Origin: Rhizaria sp. SCN 62-66
Lineage: Eukaryota
Assembly (NCBI GenBank): GCA_001724265.1
Contig: MEDY01000449.1
Span: 1-32,475 of the forward strand
Reading direction: 5' to 3'
DNA length: 32,475 bases
The notes beneath the pieces were generated by a model, which made no database searches, was not told the origin of the DNA, and worked only from the letters and a program-made list of their open reading frames with translations. Positions 1 to 10,918 of the stretch are shown here, piece after piece; the stretch's first letter is position 1; the number at the start of each line of letters is the position of its first letter. Made by a program: the position numbers and the translations under genes.

Positions 1-251
1 TTCATTTAACGGATTTTTGGCAAAGTTGTATGGATATTTAAAACCGCCCCTTCCAGGCGCGTTTTTGCGTTTTTCATAAACCTCTACATCAGGGGTACTA
101 ATACAATGATCAGCATAAGAGGCACGGATAATCAATGTGCCTTGTTGCGTTAACAACACGAGGCGAGATGTGTGAGATTCAGGAAGTGAATAAAGTGGGC
201 AACGTCATCGATAAAAACGTTTTGTATCTCAACAAAGTAAACTTTATTTGC

Positions 252-294
252 TGCAGAGGCAGAAGACTAGAAATCCGAGTCTTCTGCCTCTGCA
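252..294. repeat. Perfect 17-bp inverted repeat (hairpin) with 9-nt loop, 85 nt downstream of the PIN-nuclease gene stop
   Basis: TGCAGAGGCAGAAGACT (252-268) is the exact reverse complement of AGTCTTCTGCCTCTGCA (278-294). The loop is AGAAATCCG. Confidence 0.9.
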
Positions 295-378
295 TTTAAC
301 ACACGAGTTTTTCTACACTAATTGTTTTTCATCATTCTTTCTTTTAAGTATATTGACTTAATTATACACGTTAGTACT

Positions 379-3300
379 TTACTTTGAATTAAAGAGGACA
401 TTGGAGAATTGCGCGGCAGACTGCATGTTCTGCTGCAAGTAGACATACGAACTCCACCTCCAGGCGGCAGCGACTGGTCCTTGCTCTGACTTCTCAGTTG
501 CAGCTTGCAGGAAGCGCTGAAGCTCCACCGTGTTGCGCCACACAGCCACCGGGGCACCACAATCACACGCACCACTACTGCACTTGGTATTTCCTGCGAA
601 AGAGGCCTTCTCAGCGTTGGCACCGTCAGGCCCGTGCTTCTCACCAACACTGGGCAGGATCTTGAGCTCAAACGCAGGTAAGAATCCTCCCTGAGCCTGT
701 GCACGCGCATGTTTGGCCACCTGCACGCTCCTATTGGAACAAGTTGAGAAAACAATCGGCACTTCAGTCACCAAAGGTGATTCTTTGCTCGTAAACACAG
801 CGTTCGAGGCAACAAACTCAAACTTGCAGTCGCTGCTATTGTCCTTCTCCATCTCAGGCGGAAGCGGGAAGCCATGCAGCGTGTCGTCGCCGTCACGCGG
901 GTACACGAGCCCGCTCTGCCAGAGCAGGCGGAGCTCGCCGAACGTGTGCCATACGTCCACCAGCAGATCCGTCAGCGACATCACAGTCTCGCCATCCTGA
1001 GCACGGTCGCCGCAGAAAGTTGAGCCGAGAGCAGCACTCACGCGCTTGTGCATCGCGTCCAGTTGCGCGAAAGCGCTCTCTGGCTTCGGCAGTGTCTCAG
1101 CATCGACCGCGTCGCCGGTGGGGACCTCGCCGCCAAACAGGCCTGTGGCAACGTGAATCGAGCCGACGTCACCCGCCCCATCACCGACCGCCGTGCTGAG
1201 CTGGAGACCAAGTCCTTCAGTCCAGGGATCCTCAGTCGCGGCCAGATCTGCGGCCGCGGCCTCTGCAGCCGTGACCGCAGCCGCGGCGTGGGCGTCACAG
1301 TCCGCAGTGCGGGTCGCGCAGTCCAGCGCGGCCGCGAGGGGCGGCATAACGAGCAGTGCGCGGAGAGAATCGCTCCACCGCAGCACCATGCGCTGCGCAA
1401 AGTCCAGCACAGTCAGCGTGTCGGCCCAGACCGACGCCGGGGCGCGCGCGAGAGACGCCTCGTCGGCGACGGTGGCCACGTCAGCGATGACGCTGTCAAC
1501 GTCTTGAGCTGCAGCAGACGCCTCGTCGTTGGCGTTGCGCTTCGACTTCTTGTTGCCCGCAGCCCCGGTCGCAGGCACAGAAGCCATCCCGGGCATCCAC
1601 TGGGGGTACTCGTGCTCCGCCTTGAGCACACGTGCCGCCGCCGCCGATATCGCGGCAAGGCGCGCGGGCGCGGACTCGCCCATCGCGCCGCTAGAGCGCG
1701 GAGCGAGGAGCGAGAAGAGCGCGTCAGTGACCCACGGCGCGGGGCCTGAGCCCAGCGCGGGCAACGCCGCGCAGCAGCCCAGCGGCGCGGGCAGGGCCGT
1801 GGGGCCGGCCGTGGGCCCCTCGGCCAGCGTGTGCGTCACAAGCGCTGCGGGACAGAACGCAAGCTCCGGGCAGCAGCAGCAGCGCTCGGCGCCAGCGTCA
1901 GAGTCAGCAGCGGCCGCGGCAGCAGAGCGACTGCGGTAACGCAGACGAAGCGTGCCCGCGGCGGCCTGTGAGACGCGCACCGAGAGCACGGTCGAGAGCA
2001 GCATCGCGTCAAACAGCGCCGCCAGCCTCGCGCGCGCGGGGACGGCGCACGCGACCGAGACGCCCGTGGGCGAGTTGGCGTCGGGGCGCTCCGCGTAAGC
2101 GTTGGCCATGAGCGCAGTGACCAGGTGGACCTCATCGACGGCGAACGTGGCACGCTCCAGGGCGCCGCGGTAGAGCCGGCGCAGTGCGGAGAGGTGCGGC
2201 AGCCAGAAGGGCTCGCGCGCCAGCGACTGGTGCGGCACGGCGGCGCAGCCCGAGAGCGGCGCCGCGGGCGTAAGACGGGCCCAGCGCGGCAGCCACGGGT
2301 ACGCCACGTTCTTTGGCGCGCCCGCGGATGCAGCGGCTGCCGCAGCGTCGTCGTCGTCGACATTCTCGTCCTTGGCGAAGGCGCCCTCGCCAAGCAACAG
2401 CGCGAGCGACATGCCCGTGCGGCGCTGCAGCCGCACGACCGACTGGTGCGACTTGCTTAGCGCAGCGCGCGCCGGCGCAGTGGCAACCAGAGCCGCAGTC
2501 ACACACTGCAGCGCCTGCGCCTGCGACTGCGCAGTTCCCTGAGCGGCTGCGGCAGTGGCGATGCTGTTGAGGTTAACAGGCAGCGAGTACTTGGCCTGTA
2601 GGTCCAACATGAGCGCCAGCGTCGCGGCGTCAAAGTGGGTGAGCTCGGCGGCTCCGCGGCCGCCCTCAGCCGCGTCGCCGCCAACCGAGCGGAACACGAC
2701 GCCCGAGTTGAGCGCGCTGGTGCTGAGACGCGACGTGAGCGGCGACCCAACCACCGAGCCCGACGCAGTCGCCGTCGCAGTCTCCGAGGCAGCGGCAGCG
2801 GTGTCGACTCCGGCGGCCTTAAGCGCGGCGGCGCTGGCGGTGTTGAGCATCCCCTGCTCTTTCCCCGCGAGCACGGCCTCGGCGGTCTCCAGCCCCACCA
2901 ACGCGGCCCTGAGCGCGGGCGGCAGCGGCAGCACGCGGCGCGCGGCCTGGCGCGTGCTCGTGATGGTCACTGCGTCGTGTGTGAAGTAGCCGCACGCGCG
3001 CGGCGGCGCCGTGGTGGTGATGTCCGAGTGCGACAGCTTCGGGCCCAGCTCCGGCGACGATGCGGCGCGCGCAAACAGCGCCAGCGCGTTGTGCGGCAAC
3101 GAGAGCGCGCCCGTGGACGCGGACACTGGCGCCCACGGCAGCGCCGGGGAACGCGGCAACGGCACCGTCGTCCCTGGGAACACGCGCGGCGCGGCGCCAG
3201 CGGCAGCAGCGGCTGTGGCTGCGGCGGCCGTGAAGCGGTAGCGCGGCTCGACGCTGTGCCAGAGCACGTTGTAGGGCCAATAGATGCCGTTGTTGTAGCT

Positions 3301-6300
3301 GTGGTACAGCGTGATGCCCGGGCTCTTGCACAGACGCGACTCGAGGTTGACGTTGCTCTCGCTCGCCGCGCTCGTGAGTGGAGCCACCTGGAGCGGCGCA
3401 ACAGCAGCAGCGGAATTCGCGGCGCCGCGCTTGGCGACTGCAGCGACCTTGCAGATGGTGATGGTGTCGAGCGCACAGTCAAAGTACAGCGCAGGCATGC
3501 GCGGGCACACGTAGTTCACCGGCTGGTTGTCCGACGTGATCGTGCTGTGCCACACCGCACGCATCAACACGTCGTCGACGACGTGCGGATACAGCGGCGC
3601 CGCCATGGGGGCCCACTGCTGCGCGGCGGCGCTGTCGCCCCACACCGCGGCCGCGTCGCGCGTCTCGGCCGCAGTCGCCGGCACCGCGGGCGCGCCCATC
3701 GCGGCCGCGGCGAGCGCGCGGCAGAGCCCGCCCCGATGGTCCTCGGCGCACGCCACGGCGGCGCGTGCGTCGTCCGCAGGCGTCAGGCGCTCGCGCTGGA
3801 GCGCCACGGGGTGCATCAGCAGCGTGTCGTTCTGCGCAGACATGTACGGCAGCTGCTGCAGCGGCACGTGCACAGCCTGCAGCGCGCTTGCACTCGGCGG
3901 CGCGCCATTGTCGGCGCTCTCGGCGGCTGCAGCAGCGCCGACCGCGCGGAGACGCCAGGTCGCGGGCGGCGGCAGCGCGAGCGGCTCGGTGATGAAGGTG
4001 TCCCAGCTGGCGTGGCCCGCGGCGGCGCACAGGAAGTGCACGGCGTCGAGCCGCATCAGGCGCGCGATGGCGCGAGCGTGGTCGCTCAGGTCCGCGCGCT
4101 CCCACTCGGGGACCTGCGCCAGCCGCAGCGGCACGGCCCGGGCGGCCGCGTCGGCAGCCTCAGCATCAGCCTGCTGCGACTGCTTCTGCCGCATGTGCTG
4201 GTTGTGGTACGGGTGCTGCGCCAAGTAGCGACCGTTCTTGCCCGCTGACTGCTGCTGCTGATGCTGCTTGTTGTTACTGTTGTTGCCGCTGCCGGCGGAG
4301 GGATTGATGGCGGGCGCGGTGGGGAAGGCGCCCGCGAGCAGGTTGTCGCACTGCGAGGCCAGGAAGCGGAAGCGGTCCTGCGGCGGCATCTGCCCGCGTA
4401 CGGCCGCGTAGTCGGCGGCGCGCGCGTTGAGCGCCTGTAGTGCCTGGATCAGCGTGTCCACGGCGGACCCCGTGGCGAGTTTCGGACCGGACCCCGTCCT
4501 GCTTTGGGGGCCTTTCTTCTGCGGGTCGGTCCACGCGGCGGGCGTGCTCCGGCAGCCGCTGTGCTTGGACACGCAGCCCCCGCCGGCGACAATCTGCGTG
4601 AACATCTCGGTCACGAGCGACAGCGCCATGACGGCCTGCGCCGGCAGCCGCGCCGTTGCTGCGGCGAGCTGCGCCGCCGAGCCCATGACGTCAGACCGCA
4701 GCGTGACTGACACCGGCCGCGAGCCGTTGCCGGGGCCTGGCGCGCTCAGCGGTGCGCGGCTGATGCCGTAGAGCGCGAAGCAGAGCTGCGAGGTCATCTT
4801 CATCGCGACATCGGGGCTATAGATGCGGCTCGACCAGTACGTGTCGACGTTCTTGGCCGCCATTGTCGCCAGCTCCTCCGTCTTGACCAGGCACAGCGCG
4901 CGGTCCTCGGCGTCGCCGAACGTCACGCGCGGCGTCGCGGCGCTGGCGCTGGGGACGGCCCGGTTGAACACGTTGTTTGCGGCGTCGCCATCCCCGGCGT
5001 CGTCGTCGTCAAGCACAGAGCTCGTCCTCAGAGCTTGCTTCCGCGCGCTGCTGGCGCTGTCGATGCCGATGTCGGCCAGCATGCCCCGCAGCGCCGCGGC
5101 GTCCTTGACAGGCTCCAGCGAGCGGTCGCGCGCCGTGATGGGCACGCGCGCGATCGCGTCCATCGACGACAGCTGCGGCACCGGGAGCACGTCGAACCCC
5201 GCGTTGAGCGCGAGACTCACAACGGGGCCCTGCTGTGGCTGCTGCTGCTGCGGCTGCTGCTGCTGCCGGTTGTTGCGGCTGTTGGACTTGCCGGCGACAC
5301 TGAGATTGCGCATCGCCTCGGTCAGCACCGAGGGCTTCACGGCCAGCATTGACAGCACCGACGACGGCTTTGGCGCCGGCGCGGGCTCAAGCTCAGGCTC
5401 AGGCTCAGACTCGCTGGCGCTGCCCTCCTTGGGCTCGGGCTTCGCCTCCGTCTTGGGGGCCTTGCCGCGGACGATGATGGCGCTGTAGACGTCGCCGCTG
5501 CCGCCCTGCACGGCCCCCGTGGCCGCCGCGGCGGCTGCGGCTGCGGCGGCGGTCAAGATGGGCACGCCGGCGCGGACTAAGGCGATGTACACGGCAGACT
5601 GCGAGCAGAGCACGAGGAGTGCGGCGCGCAGCGCGGCCGGCGCGGGGCCCGCGGCGGGCCAGGTCGCGGCCCAGGCGGGGAACGCGCGGGACAGGGCCGC
5701 CGTCGCAGTGGCGTGCAGCGCGGGCGTGGCCATGAGGGCGGAGAAGAGCGCGGCGAGCGAGTAGTGCTTGGTGTAGTAGCGCACCACGTGGTTCATCGTC
5801 ACGGTGCGCGTCGCCTGGGTGAACGGCCTGTAGTCAGGATTCGGCAAAAAAAGCACACAAGCAAACAACAGCAGCAAAGTAAAGCGAGGAATATGAGTAT
5901 TGAAGACTGCGTAGTTCAAGGACAAAGAAAAAATAACATAAAAGGAAACGATTGTGATATCTTACGGCGTACCGCATAACGGGAGCGTCGTCATAGGTCC
6001 ACATCAAGTCGCGGAAAGACTCGTTGAAGATCATGTCATTTCCGCAAATGATGCCAATCATCGGCAAATGGCACTGCGGCAGCGGCGCGCCGCGCATATT
6101 CGATGAGAAGGCACACATCTCGCTGTAGCTGAAGCTCGCCGCGCTGACGAACGGCGCGCTGAGCGTGTGGTAGCGCGCGAGCGCCGGGAGGTACCGCGCG
6201 CCGGCGCGCCACTCGGGGGACTGGGCGCGCGCGCGCGCAGCCTCCTCGGCAAGCGCGGCCTGCGTCGCGGGGCGCATCACCACGCCCTCGACGTTGCTCT

Positions 6301-8398
6301 CCTCCCACTCGGCGACAACGGGCTTTGGCGCGGGCTGCGCGGCCGCGGAGTGCGCGGCCGCGAAGTGCGCCGTCCACTCGCCGGCGCTCAGCACGCACAC
6401 GTACGGCCTGCGCCGCGCGTTCGCAGCCTCCTGCGCGGTGAGCTCCTCGGCGGCCTTGGGCCGCGCGGAGCCGAAGCACTGGCCTGCGACGCGTGTCGCC
6501 GCGGTGAACGCAGCGACGCCGGCGGCAGAGACCGCGGTCGCAGCTGCCACGGCCGGCTCGCCGACGCTGAGGCTACTAGAGCTCGCGCTCACATCCGCGT
6601 TCACGCTCGTGTTAGAGCAGCTAGCGGCGCAAGTAAGGCCCGGCGCGAGATACAGCGGCGAGGGGTTGCTCTCGCACGCGTCGATGTCATCGCGGAACAC
6701 CGTACTCGCGCTGCTCTCGACAATGACGTTGACAAACGCGGCAGCGCGAACGCCCGCATTGGCCGCGGCCACCGCAGCGGCGGCGGCGGCGACAGCGGAG
6801 GTGTCGGCGCTTGCCGCAGCGTCAAACAGCGCCGCCACGGCCTCCGTGGTGGGCAAGTCCTCCAGCGCAGCGGTCGCGGGGGCCACAGAGGCGGCCGTGG
6901 GCGCGCTAACGGACTGGGAGAACTGCTTGTTGAGCACGGGCGCGAGGTAGTCGTTGCTGACCAGCTTCGCCACGCGGCTGCCGGCGCCCGCGGCGCCCAT
7001 CTGCGCAGCGGCCCGGCGCGCGGCGTCGGCCTGCCCCGCGGCCCCGGCCTCGGGAGCGGCCTCCGCGCCGCTGCCACCGAGGCTGCTGTTGTTGTTGCGG
7101 TCGTTGTGACTGTTCGCGGCAGCGACGGGCTTGAAGGGGCGCGTGAGCAGACACGTCTGCGCGCTGACGCGGCCCGCCTTGGGCGCGTAGGGCGTGTGAT
7201 CGGTGGTGAACTTAAAGAAGTTGGTGATCAGCGTGTTCTCGAGGTCGGGGCAGAGGTAGAAGTCCGAGTCGTTCGCGATGATGGCGAAGGCCTTGAGTTT
7301 GCGCGCCAGCCACAACACCTGCACGTCGTTCTCCGTGTCGGCGCGGTAGTTGCTGCCGCCGCTGGCGTGGATCAGCTCGATCGTCGCCCGGCCCAGCGAC
7401 TTGGCCAGCCCCGTCTTGAACTCGGTCGCGATGCCATGGCGAGCAGGCACGCGCTGCGCAGAGCCCGCGAACGGCAGGCTCTCTGGCAGCAACGCTGCAG
7501 GGGAGCCATGAGACGCGCCGTCTTCGTTGCCACTGCCGCTGCCGTTGCCGCTGCTGCTGTCGCGCTCTGCGGCAACGGCGGTGGCGGCCGCGGCAACGAT
7601 GGTGCCCGCGAAGTGCGTCGGCAGCGTGTGGTCGGGCGTCAGCAGGCGCATCTTGGCGGCGTCCGAGGCGGCGTTGGCCCTGCGCTCGACGACCGTGCTC
7701 GCCTTGAGCGGCTCCGTGCAGCCGTCCCATGACGCGTGCAGGCGCACCACGGGCACCGTGACGTAGCGCGTGCGCAGGCTGTCGCGCACCACGGTCACCG
7801 TCACGGTCTCGAGCGCGGAGTCCGCGAGGCGGCGGCGAGTCGTGATCGTCGTCTCTGCGCACGCGGGCGCCGAGGCCGAGGCGCGGGGGACGAAGACGGG
7901 CGCGGACACGGTTGTGCGGGGCGCAAGGGCGTCGCCGCTGGCACTAGCGACGTCGTCGCCGTCGTCGGGATTGACTTCAGCTGTGGTCGTCGTGGTCGTC
8001 ATGGTGCGGTGGGTGGCAGTCACGCGGATGAGGTAGGCCGGCGCGAGCAGGGGCGAGAGTTTGCTCATTGTAAGGTTGAAAATGGCTGCAGGGGCGCCAG
8101 TAAAGATACCGTAGGCGTCAATTTCCCCTGTAAGCGTCGAGTGGATACCATTTGTGTCGAGAATGATCTCGAGCCGATCGAGGGCAGCCACGAGCGAGGC
8201 AAGTGAGGAAGAGGCAGGAGAGCGGACGCCGAGAGTGATCAAAGAGCGCAAAGCATCGTTGGAAGTCGCCAGACGCGCACGCTTAAGAGCTAACACAACA
8301 AGGTACTTCAAAGCACGTTCAATTGCTGTTGTGGTAAAGTCGACATTGGTGCGAGCGACCTTTTTCTGAACCAGCGACGAGAGGAACTTGACTCCCAT
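379..8398 (-). CDS. Giant (2624 aa) PIN/FEN1-like nuclease of the Asteroid/FAM120 type with long Ala-rich insertions; 2 exons (8398-5973, 5827-379)
   Basis: The N-terminus MGVKFLSSLV resembles MGVxGL. Acidic PIN motifs occur in order: ILDTNG, WDGCTEPLKASTVVERR, ENDVQVLWLA..AIIANDSDFYL, then H3TH-like LPMIGIICGNDM. A GTACGC...TACAG intron (5972-5828) joins track ORFs 5834..8398 and 379..5925 in frame (..PVMR|PFTQ..). Stop is TAA at 381-379. Confidence 0.8.
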
Positions 8399-8502
8399 CT
8401 CCGAACTATGTAAAAAGAGATATTAAGATTCGAATAGAAGAGATATAAGGTAAAAAAAAAACCGGATCAATAATGAAACTACTAGGGAAATCCGAGCAAA
8501 AC

Positions 8503-8526
8503 GTCAATTGACACGTTGACAGTCAA
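8503..8526. promoter_or_regulatory. Cluster of four TTGAC/GTCAA motifs arranged as two palindromes in a divergent promoter
   Basis: GTCAATTGAC (8503-8512) and TTGAC-A-GTCAA (8516-8526) lie in the ~280-bp gap between head-to-head ATGs at 8398(-) and 8682(+). Function is inferred from position only. Confidence 0.45.
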
Positions 8527-8681
8527 ACTATTGTTTTACTCACTTAGAAGTAGCGTAATCATGCCCTGTTCGCTTACTGGACCTGGCATCGAGCTTGTGG
8601 TGGGTTCATATTGGGAAGCAGTTTGAGATACATACTGCGCGGGTAGAACATATTTAGAGGTATCAGGTAGTTGCGCCTCTT

Positions 8682-9528
8682 ATGATTAAGTTTCTACTAT
8701 TCACAGTCGTGCTAGTGTGTTTGGTTCTGCTCACGGCAGAGCCTGTGTCAGCTCGGCCGGCCCCACGCAAGAAGAAGGTACGCAACCGTATCATTTCTAT
8801 TGCCTCTGAGCGTATCTTCCAACTTCAATTGCTTCACCCTTTTGCTCACATATACACCACCTAATTATTCACCTTGTGACAGACATCACTGTCTTCTCTG
8901 GAAGTCCGTCGTGGCGCTTGCGCTCGTGGCCCGTGCCTCGGCCACACAGACGAAGATCCAAACTGGTACGTCAACATCACACTCTTCCGACGCTAAATAG
9001 GCATTTATCAAGACAACACACCTGTATTACGTATATAATGAAATGGTATTCATATATTATTGGATTTTGTCTTTTTGCTATGATCTACCTGACTATATAT
9101 CCAGATTTGTATCTCAGGCTGACGTTCCTGTCGTTTTTCTTTTCTTTCCTACCCCTATTGCTTTGCTGTATGCGTTGTGATACAGCGAACTTAAGTGCGC
9201 GCAGGAAGAGTGCTACACATCTATTTTTGGCGCACTGCCCTTGGAGCCTGGAGAGGTTGACTCGCGCCGCTTCTCTGCCTGGAAGGTACCTTTACACTTT
9301 CTTCCCGAGCCCTATATTTCGACTATCAATCATCATGAGCAATGTGCAGAAGCCCTGTCATTTGTTTATTGTATGATTTGTAGTAATATTTACTTGTGGA
9401 GCTATGTTGTCTAACTTGTGCCAAGCATTTGTGTTGTTTTATCCTTCGTATAGAGATGCGCAATTGACAGCCTTCTCGGTCGTCCTGCTGCTCCTGCCGC
9501 CGATGGCACCGAAGCATCTGATGATTGA
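8682..9528 (+). CDS. Small secreted Cys-rich DUF4787-family protein (117 aa); 4 exons (8682-8777, 8883-8965, 9186-9285, 9454-9528)
   Basis: Signal peptide MIKFLLFTVVLVCLVLLTAEPVSA. The spliced product contains NCELKCAQEECYTSIFGALPLEPGEVDSRRFSAWKRC, matching the DUF4787 pattern NCxLxCxxxxCYxxIYxxxPLExGExDxxR. All three GT..AG introns keep the frame. Stop is TGA. Confidence 0.8.
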
Positions 9529-10092
9529 GTGACAACAGCATTATATATTAACATGTGCGTGCTCTGGCTTTATGCCCCCTGGGTTATTAAGCCATGTTAT
9601 AACTGTCTCGTATCATCGAGCAGCGATTGAGTAACAATTGACAGTAACGGTCAGATTCGTTCAGTCGTTGACAGGTGGCTGTGGCAAGCTTAATAACACA
9701 CAAACACGTTTTATAAGAGGCGAATCTTAAAGAAGTTTACTTTGGCAACTTTTAAATCGAGAGATGGCAAAGTCAGTCTTGCTTTACACTGCCTCTTTTA
9801 CTCGTTCTTACCTTTGTCCAAGCACGTCCTTCTGGGGATATCCACGAAAAATGGGCATGCACAGTCAATTATTACAAAGTTTCAAGTTTATCTAGTATTA
9901 ACATCTCCAAGAAATACATTTTTTATTTCAATTATGCTTCATTGTTCCCAATCGGGCGCTATCAGAAGCGAACCTGAGAGGCGGGGTCGGCTCACGGTCA
10001 CTTGGGCTTTGGCCGACTTGCGCACCGAGTCATCGGAAAGCGAGGCGTGATTTTCGTCCTTGAACTACTCTCACTGTAGACGTTGTTTCAAT

Positions 10093-10644
10093 ATGGTACG
10101 TTTATATTTTACAGGCATGCTCCTATTATTCATTTCTAGCTATTAAACACGACCATTTGTCCACATGGTTGCGTTGACAATACCTTTTCCGACTAGCTTC
10201 CTCGCGTTGCTCGGCTTATGTCTCACTTCACTCTCCTTCCACGCCCTGTTTACCGCCTTCTTCCCCTCACAGCCCAAGGAGCAGACCTCTATCCGTACCT
10301 TCGTCAAGGACACCCGCCGCAAGGACGCCAAGTGTACGTATTCGTGCCCATTAATGCAGCCCAAACCCTCCTAGAGTGCCTTTCCCCCTCGCACCTTCAA
10401 CCCTTGCTTACTTCATTCTTCCCTCCCTTTGCACGCACTTCCACCTCCTACTTCCTCATAAACAGACATCAAGATCAAGCGCGATGTTGACCAGTACAAG
10501 TTCAAGCTCCGCCTCGGCAAGTACCTCCACACCATCGTCGTCAAGGACAAGTCCAAGGCCCAGAAGATGATCGAGTCCTTCGTCGTCCCCACCCTCAAGG
10601 TCATCCACATCGGCAAGAAGGCTGAGGAGAAGGCTGACGAGTAA
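10093..10644 (+). CDS. RPL38: 60S ribosomal protein L38 (eL38), 80 aa; 3 exons (10093-10095, 10273-10333, 10466-10644)
   Basis: Spliced product M|PKEQTSIRTFVKDTRRKDAKY IKIKRDVDQYKFKLRLGKYLHTIVVKDKSKAQKMIESF matches the eL38 motifs RRKDAK, KFKxR, YLxTLV and KAxKL. The first exon is ATG only. Codon bias is strong. Confidence 0.93.
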
Positions 10645-10918
10645 ATAACTAATACACATCTACAGTTATAACACATTCATATACGCTTTATCAATCCGCT
10701 TTGGGCTCTTTATAAGCCATAGGTAGTTGCATCTATACTAAAGTGTCACACGTCAGTGCATTACGATTGAGATTCTGTTTTGGATTTCCGTTTTGTATTT
10801 CAAAAACCAAAGGCTGTGGGTTAAACACAGCGTGGTTTACACCTTCAATCACGGACTATTGGAACAAGAATGCCTCGAAACGGCATGCCAACACACGACG
10901 GGAGTGAGGACAAGCTGC

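Noticed and set aside
2635-4248. 537-aa plus-strand ORF (and 6167..7732, 521 aa)
   Set aside because: These are antisense shadows of the GC-rich PIN-nuclease gene, with Arg/Gly-rich translations and no motifs.
5828-5972. Hydrophobic N-terminus of the 1848-aa ORF as a signal peptide of a separate gene
   Set aside because: It is translated intron (poly-pyrimidine tract). The intron joins the two ORFs in frame.
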